This document shows, piece after piece, positions 13,292 through 26,170 of a stretch of 64,000 nucleotides of DNA. A program made the translations under genes and the position numbers. Location of the stretch: the NCBI GenBank assembly GCA_028534125.1, contig CM052817.1:57104001-57168000 (forward strand). Reading direction: 5' to 3'. Position 1 is the stretch's first letter; each line of letters begins with the position of its first letter. The DNA comes from Lama glama. Its lineage: Eukaryota. The notes below the pieces were generated by a model. It was not told where the DNA came from, did not search any database, and saw only the letters and a list, made by a program, of their open reading frames with translations.

Positions 13292-13444
13292 CCCATTCAG
13301 TGTGACTGAAAGAAAGTTCTCATTAATCCTGAAGATAGTACCTGCTAACATTCCTACTCAGTCACTTTACCAAAGTACAAAAGAAACTTTCCTAATCAAT
13401 GCAATCAGGAAAATTAAGTATAAAAGTTGGTTCAAGCAGAAAAC
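13292..13444 (+). repeat. Direct repeat copy 2 (probable donor)
   Basis: cccattcagtgtgactgaaagaa...caagcagaaaac is shared with 11351-11503. Confidence 0.9.
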
Positions 13445-14050
13445 CATTTAAAAATACATACCTTAGGTATTTTACTTAAACTCCAAACATGCATGTATAC
13501 ACTGCCACTGCCTGAACTTCCTCAAAGTTCTTTTTGTATAAACCACTCCTAAAATGCCTCCTTTACAATTTGTAGCTTTGGTATCTTTAACATGTAAAAC
13601 ATTAAGACACTTGAAAAGCACTCTGACTGCATAAGTCTTCTTGATTTTTACAATGTTTTAATCATACTCCAGTTTTTCCAAAACATATCATCATTTTTCA
13701 AAGAAATAACTCTCATAATTTACCCCTAAGATATATAACATATTTTAATAATATTGCATAATTACAAGTACAATAGACAGAAGTAGTTTTGGGAACAATA
13801 GATTTGCTAAGCATATAGCTCAACTTCTGAGAGCAGAAGGACCTGGGCAAACTAGAGAGTAACCTACTAACTAGAAGTGTCCAGTCAAGCATCTTATACA
13901 GAGGGCACAGAGAGTTCTGGTTCATCTGGTAAATCAGTTTTCAAAAGTTCCTACTATATTTATATCAATGATGAGCCTCAAAGGACACCATTTCTGATTG
14001 CTAACCCCTTCTTCCCAACTCTCCATTGACTGTACATTGATAACACTACC

Positions 14051-14502
14051 TGTATTCGTTTCCTAGGGCCGCCGTAACAAATTATCACGAACTGGGCTGC
14101 TTCAGCCAACAGAAATGTATTCTCTCACAGTTCTGGAGGCCAGAACTCAAGGTGTCAGCAGGGCCATGCTCCCTCTGAAGGCTCTAGAAAAGAACCCATC
14201 CTTGCCTCTTCTGACATCTGGGCTCCCAGCAACCCTTAAGAGTTCCTTAGCTTGTGGCACCATAATTCCAACTCTGCCTCTGTCTTCACATGGCTGTCTT
14301 CCTTCGGTGTTTGTCTGTGCATCTTCAAATGGCTTTCTTACAAGGACATCACTCAGTGGATTTAGGGCCCACCCTAAGACCATCTGACTTCATTGTAATA
14401 ACTAATTACATCTGCAAAGACTCTATTTTCAAAGAAGTTCACATTTTTATGTTCCTGGGGAGGGGGTGTAAATTTTTGGTGGACACTGTTCAACCTGTTA
14501 CA
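14051..14502 (-). mobile_element. MaLR solo LTR (MLT1B/C-like)
   Basis: tgtattcgtttcctagggccgccgtaacaaattatcac...tctcacagttctggaggccagaa...ttcaacctgttaca. Confidence 0.9.
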
Positions 14503-14860
14503 TCACACTCTGACAAGTCCTCTCAACTCTAGGCCTCAAACATGCTATTTTTCTCTTCTAGAAACTTCCCTCCCTCATTCTATAACATGGTAAATTCTCA
14601 CATTCTTCACTACTTAGCTCAAATATCACCTCCTCCTAAGTGCACTGCCCAGATGGGTTACGTGCTCTTCCTGGCTGCTCCCTCAGAGCCCAGTCATTGC
14701 CTCCTTAATATTATACATTTCACTATTCTGACATTGCCTGTTTTCCTTTTCTGTCTCCACTATGATACCTATTCAACAACTAGGGAGGGAGCACTTCCTA
14801 AGTGCCTGCACTATGCTAGGGGCTAGGGAAACAATAAGGGCTAAGACACAAGTTCCTGCC

Positions 14861-14952
14861 TTTTTTTTTTTTTTTTTTGCGTAAAGGTAGATTTATTTAA
14901 AGCTACAAGAGAAAGGTCACAAGGTGTGGAGCCTGGGTGTTCAGATTAGAGT
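14861..14952 (-). mobile_element. Polyadenylated 3' end of an ERV LTR R region fused to U6
   Basis: 14910-14956 matches 61894-61940 of the solo LTR at 40/47; minus-strand AATAAA at 14892-14897; A18 tail at 14861-14878. Confidence 0.85.
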
Positions 14953-15060
14953 AAAAAAATATGGAACACTTCACAAATTTGCGTGTCATTCTTGCATAGG
15001 GGCCATGCTAATCTTCCCTGTATTGTTCCAATTTTAGTATAGTGCTGCCAAAGCGAGCAC
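14953..15060 (-). pseudogene. RNU6: Full-length U6 snRNA retropseudogene (5' part of a chimeric retrocopy)
   Basis: Reverse complement GTGCTCGCTTTGGCAGCAC-TATACTAAAATTGGAACAATACAGGGAAGATTAGCATGGCCCC...GTGTTCCATATTTTTTT; mostly CpG-type transitions; ACAGAGA box mutated to ACAGGGA; TSD-flanked. Confidence 0.97.
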
Positions 15061-17631
15061 AAGTTCATGCTTTATGAAGGGTAGAATGTTTCAAGTATTT
15101 CAAGGTAAGGAGTATACATTTGATTTTGAATATCCAGAGCCCAGCATACTATCTCAGATGTACCTTAGGCACTCAATAAACATCAGTTGAGTGAATTAAT
15201 GAGTAAAAATGTCTGAGGTAAAAGCAAATACTAGTGGGTAAGATGGGACAGCTGGAGGATACAAATTTTTTGCCTGCAATAAAAATTTTCAAGAACTCAA
15301 GACATAATAAGAAAATGCACTGCCTCCTTTTTACTTAAACTATTCAAGCAAAAATCCATTCATAGGAAGTTGGTTACATGGTTCCTAAAGTACCTTCCAA
15401 TTCTAAGATTTCTTTTATTCTCTGATAGATTAAATGATGGAGAGATGATTTATTTCTCAATTTTTTTCTTTTTTCCTAAAGAGATTAAAACAGTAGAACT
15501 GCTGCCAGCCTGGGTCTCTGAATGACTAACTGGAGGAGAGGCTCCTTGGTCACTATCAACTACCATTAGTGAATAAAAATCAAATTTCATTGTGTTTGAA
15601 CCACTATACATTTGGGATACAACAGTTAGCACATCCTAAATATTATAACTACTATCTTATCCATTTTATTCATGAGGGAACCTGAGCTCAAAGAGCACAA
15701 GCTTAAGGTCAGGACTACTGGTAAATGTTAACGCAGAGATCTGAAACCCTTGTCTAATTCCAAACTCTGAGCTATTGATCTTTATACTCTCTTGCCTCCC
15801 CGACTGTCAAAAGCTACATATTTATACTTATGAGATGATTTCCAGTCTGACTTACTGGAGAATATTGACTGCAACTACTAATTAGAGGTTTAAAGTTGTA
15901 CTGTTTTCAGTTATACTTAGTTTAGTTTTTATGCATCCAAAGTTGATAAATGCTTTCAGAAATCATAACTTTAATTCACAGTTACAAAGTTGTGCTGTAG
16001 CAAGTCCTTTGAAATCAGATGTGCACAGTAATGAGACATGAAAAATGGCATGCAGAAATAAATTAATATTTCTTTTGACAGACACAAAAATGAGTTGCAT
16101 CACTTCTGAATGAAATCCATAAAAAAATTCAAGTACAGATGAACCATTGTCAAAGGCTATAGATTTTGGTTTCACATGCACTAGGAAAAAAAATCAAAGT
16201 TTTCCCAAGTGAAAATGCAAAGTCAGGATGAAGATTTCATGAAAGATCTTATCAGAAATTATTTCAGAGATTTTGCTTTTCTAAGCATCTTAAAATGTAA
16301 GATCACATTCCAGACAATGATGGGCTTTGTCCTAAATTTGTGACTGTATGGTTTTTCCATACAAATTGCATATGATGTGCCCATGTGGAAACTAATTTGT
16401 GTTGTCTACAAAAATATTATTATCAATTCATATGGAAGACTTAAGGAGCCTTTCATTATCTGTGTAGGTTCTCACATCTTTAATGTAGTATAAGTCACAA
16501 AATTGCTGAATTTTGAAAAAAGACAGTAATAAAAAAATAATGTTGGCTAACAAAGTCTACCATAGTGATGGATAGGAAGAGCATTGCTCAAATCTCTTTA
16601 ACTCACTGTACGAGTTTTATTGTGTGCCCATTTCTGATGGTCTTTAGATACACAATTGAACACTGCTCTTCAGAGAATTTTCCTCTTTTTTGCTTCATTT
16701 TATTCTCTTGCTTCTTAAATAAGTTAATTTACTGCTCTGAGACTTACATGCATCACATTCCAACCTGAAATATAGTAAATGTGGAGAAAAAAAAATGGAA
16801 CCACTGAATGGCAGATGGAGATTATAGGTTCTTTCAGGTAAAAGTTGGGGAAGGAATTGTCTTTTTATTCTTTTATATTTAAAAGGGTGCTACAGCTTTG
16901 GAACATATTTCCAGATGCAAAATTAACATCATAGAGAAACACCAGGTTCACAGTTTTTATATTTAATGCCAACTCTTCTGTATGCTGTGAGTAGCCGTAC
17001 CTTTTAGCATTTAAGAGATAAAGCACTGCGTTAAATTTTCCAATTATTACCTGTCTGGTACAGTTGCAACAGGACCATATCAAGTATTTGAGTTTTACTA
17101 GGGAAACGTAATTACAGTTTGAAAAATAGTAGAAAATGCATTCCTATCACATCCTTAGTGGCAGTTTATATGCTAAAAAGAAAAACGCTTAGGGCCTAAT
17201 TCATAAGAGCTTTATGCTTCATTTACATTTTTCTGTGCAGTTTACTTGGAAAAGAGCATAATGCATGTTTTTCAAGTAAAATATGCCATTTTGGAATTCA
17301 TTCAACTTGCTTTCCATTGTCCTCACTGAGGGCCAACTGTTCTTTTCTACAATCCTGAAGGGCACTAGTAAATGGAGTGGGTGGAAAGCCCTCAATATTA
17401 ACTAGAAGAAATGCCTAAAGCCGTTGTACAGATTATTTAGAAAATTTACAGCAGTCTCCAGCAGTCAAGTCTTGGAAAGCTCTTTGTGCTTTTACTATGC
17501 AGACTGTTTTCCAAGCCCTTTGTATAGGATATTGAACAAATTACATGACAATACAGATATTTTTTGAGGGCTGCTTAGAATTCACAAGATTTTGACCATT
17601 TCCTGGCTAATCTAAGTTCTCTGACTTAGTT

Positions 17632-17822
17632 CAGTGTTTCTCAAATTTTCATTTCTTAAAATGTGGCCTCTAGGTTAGCAAGTATCGGAATCAACTGACA
17701 TTCTTGCTAAAAATGATTTCTTAGGCTCTATAAAAGTGTTTCAGAATTTTTGAATGGAGACCTGTAATTTTAATTTTACAAGTTGTTCAGATGATTCTTA
17801 CACAAATCTCAGGATAAGTACC
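17632..17822. mobile_element. MER5-like hAT-Charlie DNA transposon fossil
   Basis: cagtgtttctcaaa start, cttgctaaaaatgatttctt, ttttacaag...cagatgattctta. Confidence 0.6.
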
Positions 17823-18439
17823 AGATTTAAAACCTCATGATTGAGTTTTGGACTAAAGCAACCAACAGGGAGTTCACTTTTAGGTAGAGTTGCACACTCT
17901 TGTTCAATGATCAATGATTTGTTAAACCAAGTTTATCAGCTGGTGTAAGATCAATGTGCAGGAGGCCAAAATCACATTTGCAAGAGACAGCAATTTGATC
18001 CCAAGAACTAAGTCATAACCCATGAGGGTCTAATCTATGACCCTCAGTCTTTCCTGCTTCTGCTGGTTTTCAGGCTCTCCAAAATTACACAAAGAAAAGG
18101 CCAGGCAAAAAACATTTCTCACATTGTTCACTGACACACTGGAAAATGAATATTGCAGACAATCAACCAGCTATTTATTCTACGCACTATCAAAACCACA
18201 GGGCCAATTTTCTTCACCAATGAATTCACTGAATTTACAGAGTGGTTCTGACCTCATGATGAGACCACCATAGCCTGTTATCAGAGAAAATTTGGGAGTT
18301 GGCTCCACCGTTTAGAGTAACGATTTTAATACATTCAGTGGAAGAAAGCCATAGACCTTGAAAAATTTTGCTAAGTCTACTCCAAGTTAAAGCTGAACAC
18401 TTAATACTTCCTAACTGACTGATAAAAGAAAAACCTATG

Positions 18440-18799
18440 TAGTAGGAATCCCTAAGTGTCACTGACATCTGATTTGCCTCTCCTTCCTGGCACAGAGGAA
18501 GATGATACTTCCTTGCCCGGAAGCAGAAATATGTGTCACTTCCCGGACAAAACATTTAATTGCCAGTATGGACTTCCCGGCCCAGCTCTCCCTGCTACAA
18601 TGACCAGGGAGATATGTGTTCCTTAGGGTGCAGTCACAGGGTGATGCACATTCATCATCCCAGACCACTGAGTCACCCTAGAGTCACCTGGATTTGCAGT
18701 TCATCTTTGTAAGCAAGAAGCAAAACTTTCTTCTGTTAAGTCACTGAGATATGGGAGTTGTTCATTAACAGAGCGTAACTTATCCTACCCTGGTTAACA
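18440..18799 (+). mobile_element. Old MaLR LTR (MLT1I/J-like)
   Basis: aacatttaattgccagt...ttctgttaagtcactgagatatgggagttgtt...ctaccctggttaaca. Confidence 0.65.
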
Positions 18800-20509
18800 T
18801 AGCATAGTGTGGTATATTAAGGCTAACATATCTACATGTTAACCTCAGCAAAAAGAACCCAATAGACTGATATCTGGCAGAAAAGTCTTGATGACCAAAC
18901 AGCTCCTTTTCAAAGAACATTTCATCTTCACGTTCACTGAAAGAATATCAGTCTCCAGGTGGCAATGAAATATTCTGAAACCTTTTCTGGGTCTAGGAAG
19001 GCTTTTGGGATCCAACTCAGAAGAGATTAAGAGGATCAAATGAGATTATGTACACTAAAGTGTTCTGTTTACTGCACAAAGCCATACAAAGAGGAATCGG
19101 CTTGACAAAGAGCCTGTTTAGACTGTACTTAAGTTCTCACATTGTAAAGTGAGCACTCCATCATCCTGCTTTCCATTGGAGGGTTTTTTTGTTTTGATAT
19201 TTAAAAGAGAATAAAATTTGCTGGATAAAAGGGGATCCACATGTTATGAAATCAGAGTTGTACTTCCTGTTTTGCCACTATTATCTACATTTGTAGCCAT
19301 GCATTTTCTTCAAGATATGTCTATTAAGCACTGGCTGACAGCACGATGCGAAGTGCTGTGAGAGGCAGAAAAGAAGAGGAAGTATCCTTTACGGGCCTCC
19401 AGTTTCATCATCTGTGCAATACAATTAACAGCTTCTAATCTCCCTCATGTTTCTACCCAGAAAAATCTGAGCAAGAGTGCTATCATTTCTACTAAGTGCT
19501 ATCTTTAGAAGGGGGTCTGATAACAATGGGATTTCATCAGAATCTTGAATATTCAATTTTTATCCCTGGAAATTTCTTTGAATGAGGTAGCTTTTCTTTA
19601 GAAAAGTGGTAGGGATTAATTAAGTATAGATACCTGGATAAGGAAAGAGTTAATATAAGTATTAAAATCCTTAACTCACCATTACAGCTCTAAAAAAAGA
19701 GAGAAAAGACTTTTCTAGGCTTTTCTAAGAGAGAAAGACCATTATGTTGTTTTCTTCTGTGTCAGTATGCCTTAAACGGATGCTGTTTCCTAAGCTTAAT
19801 ATGGGTCCTATTCCTTCTTTACCCTTACAGTCCATTATTGTGGGGGTTGCTTTGAGACGTCACCGCAAACATCTGTAAGATGATAGGAGCTCTCGTCATT
19901 CTGAGATGTAGATTTTAGCCATCTAAAATTACCCAAATGAAACAGATGTTGCAAATGTGAGTCCTTATTAGAATGTTTTCTTCTCATTACCCAGCAGAAA
20001 GCTGTGTTCCTCACATTCCAGTCACACATAGAGGGTCGCCTAAAAAAGCTTGGGCTAAGCCTGCTGCCCATGTCTCTTTCTGTAGGACCTCTGGGCACCC
20101 AAGGACCTCTGGTTTGCATCACTGACACAATACAAAAAGCCATACCGGAAGCAGCCGATGAATACCCAAGAACAGGACTGCCAGGTCCACTCAGTACCCA
20201 GCCCCCCATCATATGTTACTCAACGTAAATCTGCAACCATTGTAACCAGGAGGCTAGTGACACACGAGGCTGTTTAATGAAAAATTGGGGGAAATTGACC
20301 CTTTAAGCATTCTGTTAGCACTATATGATTGGCGTTCATATAATGGAACTTTCTTCTGTTTGTGGTGAGTAGATCTCTTTATAATACAAAAAAGGGGGGC
20401 GGAGAGAAAAAGGAAAAAGCTATCTGGAGACATATTCTGATAAATGATCCATACCATTTCCCTTCCTCCTTTCTGTATCCTCCTGGCATGTATGTTTCAT
20501 ATTCCAGAA

Positions 20510-21140
20510 TTAATTCACTCAATAAATACTGAATGCTTACTGTGTGCTGGGCATTATTCTGGTTACTGAGGAAACAGCAGTGGAAAACACAAAGTCCCTG
20601 TTCCCACTGAGCTAATACTCTAGTGGGAGACAGGCAATTGTAAAAATAGATATATCGTATAATGTTGGGGATACACATGCTTATAACAAAATAAAGCAGG
20701 GTAAAGGGAAAGAGAATGAAAATGGCTCCAATTTTCTATAGAATAATAAGGACAAGCCTCACTGAAGAAGTGATCTGGAAGAGAAAAAGAAATGAATGAA
20801 GTGAGGGAATGAACCATGGGAAAACCTGGGATGAGAGTTCTGGGCAGCAGGAACAGCAGGTGAAAGGACCTGAAGGTGGGAGCAAGCTTGGTGTTTGAGG
20901 GACAGCAAAGCTATGAAGGCAGCTGGAGCAGAAGGATAAGGAGAGTTACAGAATATGAAGCCAGAGATATCTTTCCACATCGGCTTGTGCCACTAGGAGG
21001 ACTTTGGATTTTGTTCTACATGTGATAGGAAGCTATTGGAAGGTCTGAGCAGGTGAATATATGATCTGGTTTTTTAAAGGTCATTCTGGCTGCTATTTGG
21101 GAATAGTCTGATGGGGCAAAGCTACAGAGACTAATTGGGA
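20510..21140 (-). mobile_element. L2 LINE 3' region
   Basis: ttcactcaataaatactgaatgcttactgtgtgctgggcattattct...aaaggtcattctggctgct. Confidence 0.85.
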
Positions 21141-21224
21141 AAGAGAAAGAAATCAGAGTTCTGTTACTGACGGTGTGTGGGGATCACAAATCTCATCCAC
21201 CTTCTCAGATTCCCATCACTGCCT

Positions 21225-21750
21225 ACTTCTTTCTTTCTGGAGGTTGATACCCACCTATACCAGCTAGCCCCTCCACTTTAGAACTTAGAGAAATTGGAGC
21301 CGGGGGTTGTCTAGGTCCTTCATGAAGGACAGTCCAAGCCTGGATTAAACATGTAAAGATTTTACAGGGGGAATGCCTATGTGAAAGAAGATAGAGGGAG
21401 CTGGAGAGGGTGAGGAGAGCTGTCAGACAACAATGTAAGTCTGACACTGAGTGAAGGAGACAGGAGAGGGTTGAGTGAAAGCCTCCTAGAATGCCATGCA
21501 GTCCACCAAATGTTTGACAAAGGTATCAGTTCTTGAGCCAGAGCTGGCCAATAAAGGAGTCCTGTGCCTACCAAGATGGGATCTGTATTAGTATCCCTGC
21601 CAAATTCAATCATTGAAAGGGAGCACTGTCTACGGGAAGCACTGACTAGTACAAAGACAGGATAGATTCCAAAGCTCATCAGTTGGCGACCTCAGTGAAG
21701 GACAGACCCCCTTTAGTAGGACATAGGCCGGCACATTATCAAAGCTGCCA
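21225..21750. mobile_element. Probable ancient ERVL-type LTR fragment
   Basis: gagagggtgaggagagctgtcagac...gtaagtctgac resembles old ERVL LTRs; family not certain. Confidence 0.4.
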
Positions 21751-24700
21751 CAAAAGGTTAATAGAGAAAATGAAGGGTCAAGGGATAACTTTTTTTTTTT
21801 TAGGATGGCAGATGTCCCAGTACAGAGGGTCATAATGAAGCAGAAGAGGGAAGGGAAAATGGCAGAAGCAAGAGTGATTCAACTATGGAAGTGTGGTAGA
21901 ATTGTGTGATTCACTGCCTATACATGAATAAGAAAACATGAAGTGTTTATTGTAATGTTTAAAAAGTGGACCCCTCAAACTTAATTTTCTACACACATGT
22001 CATATACATTTATCCATATTTTCATGTACCTCACTGATGGTGACATAAGCATGCTCACCTGGCTGGTATAGCAGTGGCAAGCAGGGGCAGCTGTATCGAA
22101 GACCACTAGACCCAAGGGAGTGAGCTGCTCCCATTCACTCACATCCAAACTCACTTTGATATATCAGCGGGTACCTTCAAGTTGCCTTGAAAGGAGATAC
22201 TACCCACATGTGTCTAGAAAGAATTGGGTAAAGAGTAAAAAGTTATTGCTGGTCATTGTTCAGATTTAATGTGAGAATCTGGTGCACAAAATGTAGGTAT
22301 GGAGGTTTGGCTCAAAGCATCAGCATTTTTTCAACTCTCCAGTGATTATAATGTATAGCCAGGATCAAGAACCAGTATGCTAAAAGAGTGAAGGAAAGGA
22401 AACAATTCATTCCAAATAGAGAAGTGGATCATATTTTTTATGATACACTTGAGTTGGGTCTTAAAGTAGGATTTCAGTCTAGAAAATGAAGCAAAAGGGG
22501 GTCCTAATGTTGAAAGAAAAACATGACAATTAAAAAAAAAAAACACTCCAAGAAAGGAACGTGAATGGTAAGCTTAGCAAATGCTGAGTGTTCCTTGAGG
22601 TTAAGACGCCAAGCACAAGAAGGGGTATAATGAAAGGTAAGTGCAGAGAGGGGTCAGATTATCAATGAGAGGTTCAACCTATAAGGCCAAGTAACCTTTT
22701 GCAAAGTCACAAAATTAAACACCAACTAGAATTCTGATCCTATGAAATCATGGGGAATCTTATCCAGATAATCTTTCATCTAATAAAATCATGTCATGTC
22801 TCACTGTCTCACTAATTCAACATGTGAAGAGATTTTTTAATAGCTCTTCACTTTGAATCATTTTCCTAAATATTCCTAACTGAACTGAATTGGAGTAACA
22901 CATCGGGAATAAATGGGGTCAATAATCCTGTAGGCAAAGTATCTGTAGGTGCAACAGTGCAACAGACTTTATCAACTATTGTTAAAATGTGTGCTTCTGG
23001 CTTATCTATACTGACTTTAGGTTATCAAGGAAAAAAAATATGAAAACACCAATTTTAAAATATACATATTTCTGTGTCCTCATATGCTTTTTCAGCTCCA
23101 CTGAAGAGCAACCATGGTTCAGATAATACCAACCTGGGAAAATCTACAATTTATATACATACCTTTAGAATGATTTTGAGTCTTTGTATAGAATTTATCT
23201 TCCTATTTATAATTTTTCTTCAATTAATATTAAAGTCAGTTTGCATTTTTCCTGAATATATATCATAAATGGCATGGAGAATGCAGACTGGCAACACCCC
23301 TATGCCAAATGGAGGGTCATCTTGCTATTTCCACTTCCCCAGTTAATCTACAAAATGAGTATTTCACAGGTGGATAAAATCAGAGCTGATCATATATGAT
23401 GGACCAGGAGGACTGTGTTCTATCTTCATAATCCAGAATAAGAAGAAAAGAAAGCGCTCAGATTTCTTTGCAAAATATTTAGATTCAAAAGTACCAACAG
23501 AATTTCTTTGAACAGTTTAACATGCAGTACTGACGTGTGGAAGGCACTTTACATCCCCAAAGCAAAGCTCTGGGTAGAATGAAAAAGAGTTCCACTCTGA
23601 GCTCAGTTATTTGTGAACACTATGAAAACAGGAGCTCAATGTCCTGCTTTCATAATGTGTCTAAAAGCGCTGATATTGTTTCTAATATTATTCATTAACT
23701 GAGAACATACAAAGATTAATGCAAAGGCCTGACTTGAAAATGGTCTTGCTATCTGAGAGGGAACAGAAATGCACTCAGAAGAGACACTGACACCTTAGGA
23801 TTTTGTGGGAAGTGATAACGCCTAAAAGAAGAAAATCAGCTCCAGCTTTCACGCTTTATTTTTGTCAAACAGGTTTTCAGGTTGACGCTACTGGACGTTG
23901 GCAGATTGCTCCTTTCTGCTGCCTCCCACCTTTACCCTTGAGTCTGTTCCACCTCATTCCCTTGGGTCTGAATCTGGTTTGCCTCACTGAGACCAGGGCC
24001 ATTGAACAGGGAATGGGACTAATTCTGCCTCAGTGTGCACCCAGAATGGCACTATCATCTCCATATGGGACAAAGCATCAGAATCACCAGAGAAAGAAGG
24101 CCAAGGAAAGCAGAACTGGGCAAGCAAGAAAAACTATTTCTTTCTCTTTCTTTAACTTCTCCACAACAAAAGCCACTTTCTTGTGATAGCTAGAGTTGTG
24201 TCTAATATTTTCTGTTGCTTGCATTTCTCAAAAGGTAAGTTTAGTTCTCTTATCTCTGGCTCCCTTCCACTCTCCTCTCCCCAGATAAGATGGAGATCAA
24301 AGATCTTTCTTTCTTTCTGTCTCTCTTTCTTTTTTAAACATGGAAAGATGAACCAAACAGAGCTTAGAGGTCCATTAAAATCCCCAGCAGCCCACTGAGT
24401 CAATAACATACAAAGCAACTTTGATTTATGTGTGGCCTGAAATGCTGCCTTGGAAAAACAATGTGTATTTTCAGAATAAACATATTTAAAAAAAATACAT
24501 TCTGGTTGATACATCTTAACCATCTTTATTGATGTCTATAAGCAACAAATATGCCAAAAGAGATAGACAAGTTGAAAAGACCAACCAGTTGGGAAGAGGT
24601 ACTTTACAATACTGGAATGGATACAGGACTTAGTAACCAAACATTGTAATTTCGGCTTTATTACCATTCCCTTGATTAGAATCTTTTCATATTAAGGTAA

Positions 24701-26139
24701 ACAAAGTGCTTTGTCTCACAGGAACCTTTTTATTTTTATTAATTTGAAACTATGTTTCAAAAGCTTTGGATCCTGTAAATTTATCTTTGAAATTATCAGT
24801 CCTGTCATGAAACTAATTTTTATTATATTAGGCCATATAAGATGGCCTACTAGTTTTTCTGGGTCCCTTGGAACATAAGAGGTGGAAAATGATGGGGACA
24901 TTTGGGAAGGCATGCATTAAGTGCTCTGGGGCATCAACTCATAGCACCAGGCCCAGAAGACCTAAAAGAATACACTTGTCCACCAGAGATCCTACCTAAT
25001 GACTCCCAAGGAGTAGTTTACACGGCCCAGGATTTATTTTAGAAAAATCCTACAGCCAGGTGCCTCTTCTCATGGACTCCTAGAAATCCATGGATATGTT
25101 TTTGGAAAATCTTTAGCTGTTATGATTATGTACTGCATGTTTTCTTTTCAGTGACCTTTCAAAAACAGTATGAGAAAATTCTGGATTATCTGGGTGCCCC
25201 TTACAATTTAGGGGATAACCTAAGTGGGGAGAACCTAAAGTGGCGGCAGTTAACTTTCAATGCAAGGCTTCTCAAACCTCCTGAGGTCCACATGTGGATG
25301 GTACTAGGTGAGCTCAGGTGTGGGTGCCATGGATGTGGTCAAAAGCTGAGAATCAACAGACAGCATTTCTCTTCCTATTCTTCAGTCTTGGTAAGTTCCA
25401 AACTAACAGGTTTCCTCTTCAAAACATTCTTTGAAGGCCAGTGAGGATATCTCTTGTATTCCATGATCAAAAATCAAGGCAAATGTTTAATTAATCTGCT
25501 TCCATACTGCACATTAAGCTCAGAGCAAGATCCTTTGGCACTTCATTCCTGGTTCTTCATTTTTATCCCCCATTTCAGGTGTGCTCTGTCACTGGCATTG
25601 ACTAGACCATAGCTTTCAGACTGGCACAGCCAGACCCTGTGCTTCAGGAGGTATTGAGAAATCCTTGCTAGTGCCTAGAAAAAACTCAAAAGAGACTCGG
25701 GTTATCAGATAACGTCCCAGTGATGCGTACCGGTTATCAGTATTCAGAGACTGTGGAATGAAATTCCAGTCAGAGCAAATTCACCCTGACTTATGAATTT
25801 TCTGGAGGTTATTAGGATGAACCAAACTGGGAAGAAGTGATTGAAAAAAAGCTTCTAATATCCCTCCACCAGAATAAAATGTGTAAGCCAGCTGAAAACA
25901 GGGAGTTGATTTCCCAGACGATTCCTTGGAATGATTTAGATGCAGGCATCTCACATCTCATACAGTTCTGATTAATATCCACTTTATCTCCCTGTGTTGC
26001 TCACTTTCTCACAGATGAATTAAATAATGCCTACCTGTGCCACCCCAAGTCCTGCAGGAGCACAACCTGATTGCTCAGAAGTGGTCTATTATGGTGAGCA
26101 TGGAAAGCAATCATAATAAATTACCACTTTTAACTCCAT

Positions 26140-26140
<1 letters not shown>

Positions 26141-26168
<28 letters not shown>
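26141..26168 (+). repeat. (AC)14 microsatellite
   Basis: Direct reading. Confidence 0.95.

Positions 26169-26170
<2 letters not shown>

Noticed and set aside
14953..15060. Functional U6 gene
   Set aside because: Mutated ACAGAGA box, TSD and poly(A) hallmarks, no recognisable upstream PSE
17051..17099. Small minus-strand exon candidate
   Set aside because: Weak splice sites and no recognisable peptide
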